The notes beneath the pieces were generated by a model. That model was not told the origin of the DNA and ran no database searches. It saw only the letters and a program-made list of their open reading frames with translations. Source: a virus (lineage: Duplodnaviria > Caudoviricetes). Taken from it: a DNA stretch of 64,000 nucleotides. Of the stretch, positions 57,724-64,000 are shown piece after piece (position 1 is the first letter of the stretch; each line of letters opens with the position of its first letter). Position numbers and translations under genes: made by a program. The DNA is taken from IMG/VR virus record IMGVR_UViG_3300025732_000002, positions 1,209 to 65,208 of that record, one strand, 5' to 3'.

Positions 57724-60222
57724 ATGGCCACGAACATCGACAAAGCTTTCAATCAAGCGCCGCTTGGGATTGATTCGCTAGATCAAATGGTGGAGGAAGG
57801 CCCTCCAATTGAGATTGAAATCGAAAATCCAGATAGCGTGACGATTGGCGTCGATGGGATGGAAATTGAGATTGAGCCGGCGCGCGAAACAGCAGAAGAT
57901 TTTGACGCAAACCTGGCCGAGTACATGGACGAGAGCGATCTGGTCCGTATTGCCGGCGACCTGATCGGCGACTTTGAAGAAGACTTGGCCTCCCGTAAGG
58001 ACTGGATTCAGACATATGTAGATGGCCTCGAGCTTCTTGGCATGAAGATCGAAGAGCGGTCAGAGCCTTGGGAAGGTGCCTGCGGTGTGTACCACCCGAT
58101 CATGGCCGAAGCGCTGGTGAAGTTTCAGTCCGAGACGATGATGGCCACGTTTCCAGCGGCCGGCCCGGTTAAGACGGAGATTGTGGGCCTCGAGACCCCG
58201 GCCAAGAAAGAGGCTGCTCTGCGCGTAGAGAAGGACATGAACTACCGTCTGACGGACAAGAATAAAGAGTTCCGTCCTGAGCACGAGCGGATGCTGTGGG
58301 GCCTGGGCCTGTCTGGCAACGCTTTCAAGAAGGTGTACTACGACCCGCACATGGAGCGTGAGACATCTATATTTGTGCCGGCAGAAGATCTGGTTGTGCC
58401 TTATGGCGCATCAGACTTGGAGTCGTCACCGCGTATTACGCATGTGATGCGCAAGACAGAGAACGATGTCCGCCGTCTGCAGGTGGCCGGGTTCTGGAGA
58501 GACATTGACCTTGGCGAGCCGGACGTGGTGCTCGATGAGGTGGAAAAGAAGATTGCAGAACGTCTGGGTTTTAGAGCCACGACTGACGACCGCTTCCGTA
58601 TCCTAGAGATGAATGTGGACCTTGACCTCAAGGGCTACGAGCATACGGATGATGAGGGTGAGCCAACGGGCATTGCTCTGCCGTACATTGTGACGATTGA
58701 TAAGAACACGTCGCAGGTTCTGGCTATCCGTCGCAACTGGAGGCCGGAAGATAAGAACTGCCGTAAGCGCGCGCACTTTGTGCACTATGGCTACATCCCG
58801 GGTTTTGGCTTCTATCACTTTGGTTTGATCCACCTGATTGGAGCTTTTGCCAAGTCGGGCACGTCGCTGATCCGCCAACTGGTAGATGCCGGTACGCTGA
58901 GCAATCTGCCGGGTGGTTTCAAGGCCCGCGGCCTGCGCGTCAAAGGTGACGACACGCCCATCTCCCCGGGCGAATTCCGTGACGTGGATGTACCTAGCGG
59001 CACGATCAAAGACAACCTGATGACGCTCCCGTACAAAGAGCCGAGCCAGACGTTGCTGCAGTTGCTGAACCAGATCATCCAAGACGGCCGCCGTTTTGCG
59101 AACACGGCCGACCTGCAAATCAGCGACATGTCATCGCAGGCCCCGGTCGGCACGACGCTGGCCATCCTCGAGCGCACGTTGAAAGTGATGAGTGCTGTCC
59201 AGGCGCGCATTCACTTCTCGTTCAAAGAAGAGTTGGGTTTGATCAGAGACATCATCCGCGACTACACGCCGGATGACTATGACTATGTCCCGGTTGAAGG
59301 TAGCCGCTCGGCCAAAAAGTCTGACTACGATGATGTGGATGTGATTCCGGTCTCTGACCCGAACGCATCGACGATGGCCCAGAAGATTGTGCAGTACCAG
59401 GCTGTGTTGCAGCTGGCTCAGACAGCGCCGCAGATGTACAACATGCCTCTGCTGCACCGTCAGATGTTGGATGTGCTCGGCATCAAGAACGCCAACAAGC
59501 TCATTCCGATGGATGAGGACCAGAAGCCGACGGACCCGGTGACGGAAAACCAGAATGTATTGATGGGCAAACCGGTCAAGGCGTTTGCTTATCAAGATCA
59601 CCAGGCTCACATCATGGTCCACATGTCGGCCATGCAAGACCCGAAGATCATCCAGTTGTTGCAGAACAACCCGATTGCGCCGCAGCTGCAGGCAACCATG
59701 ATGTCTCATATCAATGAGCACCTTGGGTTTGAGTACCGCAAGCAGATCGAGATGCAGTTGGGCATGTCCCTGCCGCCCCAGAAGGACGATGCAGGAGAAG
59801 ACGTGCACATGGACCCCGAGGTCGAAGCTCGTTTGGCACCCATGTTGGCACAGGCTGCTCAGCGTCTGACGCAACAAAACCAAGCGCAGGCCCAGCAGCA
59901 GCAAGCTCAACAGCAAGCACAAGACCCGATCATCCAGATGCAACAGCAGGAGCTGGCCATCAAGCAGGCCGAGCAACAGCGCAAGGCTGCCAAGGATGCG
60001 GCAGATATCAAATTGAAAGAAAACCAGCAACGGATCGAGGCTTCACGCATATTGGCGCAAAACAATATGTCTATGAAGCAGGCTGTGCTGAGGGCGGGTG
60101 TGGACGTGTACAAAGACAACGCTATACGCTCGCATGAGAAGAAAGTGAACGCCCGAGAAATCATGGCAGACGCACTTAAAACCGTGTACCAAAATAAATC
60201 AAAACCGACAAAAGGTGAATGA
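57724..60222 (+). CDS. Portal protein
   Basis: 832 aa after terL; FKKVY; GFY.FGL; LIRQLVDAGTLSN; Q-rich barrel tail. Confidence 0.85.
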   Translation: MATNIDKAFNQAPLGIDSLDQMVEEGPPIEIEIENPDSVTIGVDGMEIEIEPARETAEDFDANLAEYMDESDLVRIAGDLIGDFEEDLASRKDWIQTYVDGLELLGMKIEERSEPWEGACGVYHPIMAEALVKFQSETMMATFPAAGPVKTEIVGLETPAKKEAALRVEKDMNYRLTDKNKEFRPEHERMLWGLGLSGNAFKKVYYDPHMERETSIFVPAEDLVVPYGASDLESSPRITHVMRKTENDVRRLQVAGFWRDIDLGEPDVVLDEVEKKIAERLGFRATTDDRFRILEMNVDLDLKGYEHTDDEGEPTGIALPYIVTIDKNTSQVLAIRRNWRPEDKNCRKRAHFVHYGYIPGFGFYHFGLIHLIGAFAKSGTSLIRQLVDAGTLSNLPGGFKARGLRVKGDDTPISPGEFRDVDVPSGTIKDNLMTLPYKEPSQTLLQLLNQIIQDGRRFANTADLQISDMSSQAPVGTTLAILERTLKVMSAVQARIHFSFKEELGLIRDIIRDYTPDDYDYVPVEGSRSAKKSDYDDVDVIPVSDPNASTMAQKIVQYQAVLQLAQTAPQMYNMPLLHRQMLDVLGIKNANKLIPMDEDQKPTDPVTENQNVLMGKPVKAFAYQDHQAHIMVHMSAMQDPKIIQLLQNNPIAPQLQATMMSHINEHLGFEYRKQIEMQLGMSLPPQKDDAGEDVHMDPEVEARLAPMLAQAAQRLTQQNQAQAQQQQAQQQAQDPIIQMQQQELAIKQAEQQRKAAKDAADIKLKENQQRIEASRILAQNNMSMKQAVLRAGVDVYKDNAIRSHEKKVNAREIMADALKTVYQNKSKPTKGE

Positions 60223-60413
60223 TGGACGCTCTTGAAGTACTCACAAAGCAGACCGACGAAAAGGTTGCGCAGATTAAGGACTACCTGTCAGAAGGGAAGG
60301 CCGAATCGTTTGAGGAGTACAAAAGACTCTGTGGTGAGATTCGTGGTCTGCTCACTGCCAGAGGTTACATACTAGACCTGCAACAAAACTTGGAGAACGC
60401 GGATGACGACTGA
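60219..60413 (+). CDS. Small hypothetical protein
   Basis: EY...CGEIRGL; coupled. Confidence 0.7.
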   Translation: MMDALEVLTKQTDEKVAQIKDYLSEGKAESFEEYKRLCGEIRGLLTARGYILDLQQNLENADDD

Positions 60414-60831
60414 GATCCTTATCGGCTCAAACCCCGATAAACCGGAGATCGTAGGTTCATACAAACTGGAAGCAACAGCAGAGGAAAAGGCAAAACAACT
60501 GCCCCGTCCCTCTGGCTACAGAATTCTTTGTGCCATACCAGAAGTGGAGAAAGAATTTGAGGACAGCTCTATTGGTCTAGTGAAGTCTGAATTAACCATT
60601 GATTACGAAGAGAAGCTGGCAACGGTGCTTTTTGTCGTAGACCTTGGACCAGATTGCTACAAAGACCAGCAGCGTTTTCCCAGCGGACCCTGGTGCAAGA
60701 AAGGTGATTTCGTCATTGTTCGACCCAATGCCGGCACACGCCTTCTGATCCACGGCCGTGAGTTCAGACTCATCAACGATGATTCTGTAGAGAGCGTGGT
60801 CGACGACCCGCGTGGCATCAAACGAGCCTAA
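60403..60831 (+). CDS. GroES-like co-chaperonin
   Basis: P.GYRIL; VV.LGPD.Y; WC..GD.V; G.EFRLINDD.V. Confidence 0.85.
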   Translation: MTTEILIGSNPDKPEIVGSYKLEATAEEKAKQLPRPSGYRILCAIPEVEKEFEDSSIGLVKSELTIDYEEKLATVLFVVDLGPDCYKDQQRFPSGPWCKKGDFVIVRPNAGTRLLIHGREFRLINDDSVESVVDDPRGIKRA

Positions 60832-60846
60832 AAGGAGCCTTCAAAA

Positions 60847-61809
60847 ATGGCACAAATGGAAACCCAAGAATTCAAGTTCCCCGACGAAATTGAAGAGAGC
60901 AAAGCCTCTGCTGAAGAGCAGCAAGAGGAAAAGTTTGAGATTGAAATCGAGGACGACACTCCAGAAGAAGACCGCGGCCGGCAGCCAATGCCCAAGCAGC
61001 TGGTCGAGAACCTGGAGAAAGACGAGCTAGAAGCCTACGACGATGAGGTTAAGTCAAAGCTCAAGCAGATGCGCAAAGTCTGGCACGACGAGCGCCGCGA
61101 GAAAGAGGCGGCCCTGCGCGAACAGCAAGAAGCTTTGGCCTTGGCCAAGAAGCTGATGGAAGAGAACAAACGTATTAAAACTATCCTGACTACGGGAGAA
61201 AAGGAATACGTTGAGTCTATTCAGAACTCTGCGAACCTTGAGCTGGAAATGGCTAAGAGGGCGTTCAAAGAGGCGTACGAATCTGGCGATGCAGATCAAG
61301 TTGCGGATGCGCAACAGAAGATGCAGGAAGCCACGTTGCGGGCAATGCAAGCTAAAAGTTTCAAAATGCCCCCTTTACAGGAGCAAGAAGTTCCTGTACA
61401 AACCGCAACTGTACAGCAGCCACAGGTTCCTCAACCCGATCGACGTGCGTTAGCGTGGCAAGAACGCAATAGCTGGTTTGGTCAAGATGAGGAGATGACG
61501 GCCACTGCGCTGGGGCTTCATGAGAAGCTCCGCCGCAATGGAGTCGTTGTTGGCTCTGACGAGTATTACGACACATTGGACAAAACAATGCGTCGCCGAT
61601 TCCCCGAGAACTTCGGTGTCACGGAAGAGTCGCAGACAGAGGTCCGGCAGCCAGCACGCAAACCTGCGGCAGTTGTGGCCCCAGCGGTTCGTAGTACGGC
61701 TTCGAACAAAGTGAAGCTGAAAACGAGCCAAATGGCCTTGATCAAAAAACTAGGCATATCTCCTGAGCAGTATGTGAAGGAGTTTTTGAAGGAGTCACAA
61801 AATGGCTGA
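60847..61809 (+). CDS. Putative scaffolding protein
   Basis: Acidic coiled coil; W..RN.WFG; KLG.S.EQY; position before capsid. Confidence 0.7.
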   Translation: MAQMETQEFKFPDEIEESKASAEEQQEEKFEIEIEDDTPEEDRGRQPMPKQLVENLEKDELEAYDDEVKSKLKQMRKVWHDERREKEAALREQQEALALAKKLMEENKRIKTILTTGEKEYVESIQNSANLELEMAKRAFKEAYESGDADQVADAQQKMQEATLRAMQAKSFKMPPLQEQEVPVQTATVQQPQVPQPDRRALAWQERNSWFGQDEEMTATALGLHEKLRRNGVVVGSDEYYDTLDKTMRRRFPENFGVTEESQTEVRQPARKPAAVVAPAVRSTASNKVKLKTSQMALIKKLGISPEQYVKEFLKESQNG

Positions 61810-62251
61810 AAAACGACTTTCTCGTGAATTTGACACGCGTGCGGTATCAGAGCGTCCCCAGCAGTGGGCACTCCCTGAGTCTTTGCCTGAGCCTGACAAA
61901 GAGGCCGGCTACTCATACCGTTGGATTCGCGTTTCCACTTTGAACGTGGCAGATCCCCGTAACCTCTCGGCCAAACTACGCGAGGGATGGGAGCCAGTGC
62001 GAATGGAAGAACAACCCAAATTCCAACTGTTAGCTGATCCCAACAGTCGATACAAAGATAGTATTGAGATTGGCGGTTTGTTGCTCTGCAAAACCCCGGT
62101 TGAATTTGTGAAGCAGCGTAATGACTATTACGCCAAGCAGACGCAAGATCAGACGGAAGCTGTGGATAACAATCTGATGCGCCAAAGCGATGCCCGGATG
62201 CCGATCTTCAAAGAGCGGAAATCCTCGGTTAGCTATGGTAAACCTTCTTAA
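61802..62251 (+). CDS. Conserved head-module hypothetical protein
   Basis: YRWIR...REGWEPV...GGLLLCK.P. Confidence 0.75.
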   Translation: MAEKRLSREFDTRAVSERPQQWALPESLPEPDKEAGYSYRWIRVSTLNVADPRNLSAKLREGWEPVRMEEQPKFQLLADPNSRYKDSIEIGGLLLCKTPVEFVKQRNDYYAKQTQDQTEAVDNNLMRQSDARMPIFKERKSSVSYGKPS

Positions 62252-62269
62252 TGTTTTGGAGTTATAAAC

Positions 62270-62869
62270 ATGGCTTATCCCACAGTAGCCGCTCCGTATG
62301 GTTTCAAACCCATTAACCGTCTAGACGGTATGCCCTATGCTGGCGCAACTCGGAAACTTCCGATCGCCAACACTGCCGGCGCCATCTTCTTCGGTGACTT
62401 GGTTTCCATCACGGCTGGCGGAACCGTCGCTCAGTTCGCAGGCACCACCACGGGGTCTCCCGCCGGTGTGTTTATGGGCTGTTCTTACACCAACCCCATC
62501 ACCAAGCAACCCACGTTTGCTCAGTACTGGCCTGCTAACACGTCCATCACGGACGCGCTGGCTATCATCGTTGATGATCCGTACGCAGCTTTCCAGGTTG
62601 TCGTGACCAACAGCGGCAGCGTGGTTAACTACGCTTATGCTGATTCCATCGGCTCCAACGTGTCCATCATCACCGGTACGGGTAACACCACCACCGGCGA
62701 CTCTGGCATGTCCGTTCTGGCTGGTAGCCAAGACACCACCAACACTCTGCCTATCCGTGTGATCGACGTCGTTCCGGCCTCGTCTTACACGACCGGCGGC
62801 AACGTGGTGTTCCCGGAGATCATCGTCAAGATCAATCTCCACCAGTACAACAACACCACTGGCGTCTGA
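62270..62869 (+). CDS. Putative capsid decoration / cement protein
   Basis: APYGFKP; IF.GD.V; GVFMGC.Y; DDP; directly before major capsid. Confidence 0.65.
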   Translation: MAYPTVAAPYGFKPINRLDGMPYAGATRKLPIANTAGAIFFGDLVSITAGGTVAQFAGTTTGSPAGVFMGCSYTNPITKQPTFAQYWPANTSITDALAIIVDDPYAAFQVVVTNSGSVVNYAYADSIGSNVSIITGTGNTTTGDSGMSVLAGSQDTTNTLPIRVIDVVPASSYTTGGNVVFPEIIVKINLHQYNNTTGV

Positions 62870-62885
62870 TAAGGAGTAATACAAA

Positions 62886-63794
62886 ATGGCTATTTCACGC
62901 GCACAATTACTGAAAGAGCTGCTCCCTGGTCTGAACGCCCTGTTCGGTCTGGAGTATGCAAAGTACGGCGAAGAGCACAAAGAGATCTACGAAACCGAGA
63001 CTTCCGAGCGTTCGTTTGAAGAGGAAACCAAACTGTCTGGCTTCTCCGCCGCTCCGGTGAAGAACGAAGGCTCTGCCATTGCTTATGACAATGGCCAGGA
63101 AGCTTGGACCGCCCGTTACACCCACGAAACCATTGCCATGGGTTTCTCGCTGACCGAAGAGGCCATCGAGGACAACCTGTACGACAGCCTGTCTGCTCGC
63201 TACACCAAGGCCCTGGCCCGTTCGATGGCGTACACCAAGCAAGTCAAGGCAGCCGCTGTTCTGAACAATGGCTTTACCAACGGCTACAACGGTGGCGACG
63301 GCGTTCCTCTGTTCTCCAGCGCACACCCGCTGGTGTCTGGTGGTACCAACAGCAACATTCCCAGCACCCCTGCTGACCTGAACGAGACTTCATTAGAAGC
63401 CGCCGTTATCCAGATCAGCCTGTGGACTGACGAACGTAGCCTGTTGATCGCTGCCAAGCCCAAGAAGCTGGTTGTTCCCCCGGCGCTGCAGTTCGTTGCC
63501 ACCCGCCTGCTCGAGACCGAGCTGCGCGTTGGTACCAACGACAACGACATCAACGCCCTGAAGAACAACGGCTCGGTGTCTGAAGGCTACACGATCAACC
63601 ACTTCTTGACCGACCCGAACGCCTGGTTCCTGACCACGGACGTCCCGAACGGCATGAAGCACTTTGTTCGTACGCCCCTGCAGCAGTCGATGGACGGTGA
63701 CTTTGACACCGGCAACGTCCGCTACAAGTCCCGCGAGCGTTACAGCTTCGGCTGGTCTGACCCGCTGGGAATGTACGGTTCGCAAGGCGCCTAA
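62886..63794 (+). CDS. Major capsid protein (Mu gpT-like, HK97 fold)
   Basis: K.EG.AI.YD; DG.PLFS..HP; L.VP..L; RERYSFGWSD. Confidence 0.9.
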   Translation: MAISRAQLLKELLPGLNALFGLEYAKYGEEHKEIYETETSERSFEEETKLSGFSAAPVKNEGSAIAYDNGQEAWTARYTHETIAMGFSLTEEAIEDNLYDSLSARYTKALARSMAYTKQVKAAAVLNNGFTNGYNGGDGVPLFSSAHPLVSGGTNSNIPSTPADLNETSLEAAVIQISLWTDERSLLIAAKPKKLVVPPALQFVATRLLETELRVGTNDNDINALKNNGSVSEGYTINHFLTDPNAWFLTTDVPNGMKHFVRTPLQQSMDGDFDTGNVRYKSRERYSFGWSDPLGMYGSQGA

Positions 63795-63816
63795 TAGGTT
63801 CTTTGCAACGTACGAG

Positions 63817-63844
63817 AAAGGGGCCTTGTGCCCCTTTTTCTTTT
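63817..63844 (+). terminator. Rho-independent terminator after major capsid gene
   Basis: AAAGGGGC-cttgt-GCCCCTTT then TTCTTTT. Confidence 0.8.
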
Positions 63845-63945
63845 CCTGTATATTGCACCCAAGCCCGGGGTTTCCGGTGCATCAAACTGACCCGGCAGAC
63901 GACGTACCGATTGATGCGCTGATCTTGTACGTAAGGACAATTGAA

Positions 63946-64000
63946 ATGGCTCTCTCTACCACCCAAAGCATTTGGCGTTCGGGCGGCGGCGATCAGACTC
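63946..64000 (+). CDS. 5' end of next structural gene (truncated)
   Basis: AAGGA RBS; MALSTTQSIWRSGGGDQT. Confidence 0.55.
   Translation, partial: MALSTTQSIWRSGGGDQT

Larger units (their letters stand above)
1..64000. mobile_element. Tailed dsDNA bacteriophage genome segment (podovirus-like)
   Basis: Terminase, portal, scaffold, major capsid, tail fibres, lysozyme, helicase and primase all present; no host housekeeping genes; no integrase or tape measure seen. Confidence 0.97.

Noticed and set aside
1-64000. tRNA/rRNA genes, integrase/att sites, introns/inteins, stop-codon reassignment
   Set aside because: None recognised by eye; hallmark genes are full length under the standard code (a tRNAscan-SE/Infernal run would settle the RNA genes)

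Overview
The window is most of a tailed dsDNA phage genome, with podovirus-like gene order; a freshwater Betaproteobacteria host is a plausible guess only. Layout: small basic head-associated ORFs, head-tail and tail-fibre genes (1-17.5 kb); lysis (17.5-19.8 kb); tail nozzle and ejection proteins, including a 2029-aa polyvalent protein (19.8-34.6 kb); a minus-strand block of shuffled small ORFs plus recombination genes (34.6-43.2 kb); a plus-strand regulation/replication block (43.2-51.5 kb); small minus-strand genes (51.5-54.9 kb); packaging and head genes (55-64 kb). The main finding is at 44555-46145. A stand-alone Cas7/RAMP-like gene is followed by a ~445-nt non-coding array of nine units, each 7-11 GG(Y/A)NN pentamers delimited by GGCA, and then a conserved accessory gene. 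Read as a gapped NN-x-NN-x code, several units spell conserved motifs of tyrosine integrases, a DExH helicase and ParB. This suggests a non-CRISPR RNA-guided system aimed at competing mobile elements. A perfect 14-bp palindrome, TGGCAACGTTGCCA, occurs 10 times (candidate parS or operator). All calls are by eye from motifs and synteny; no searches were run.
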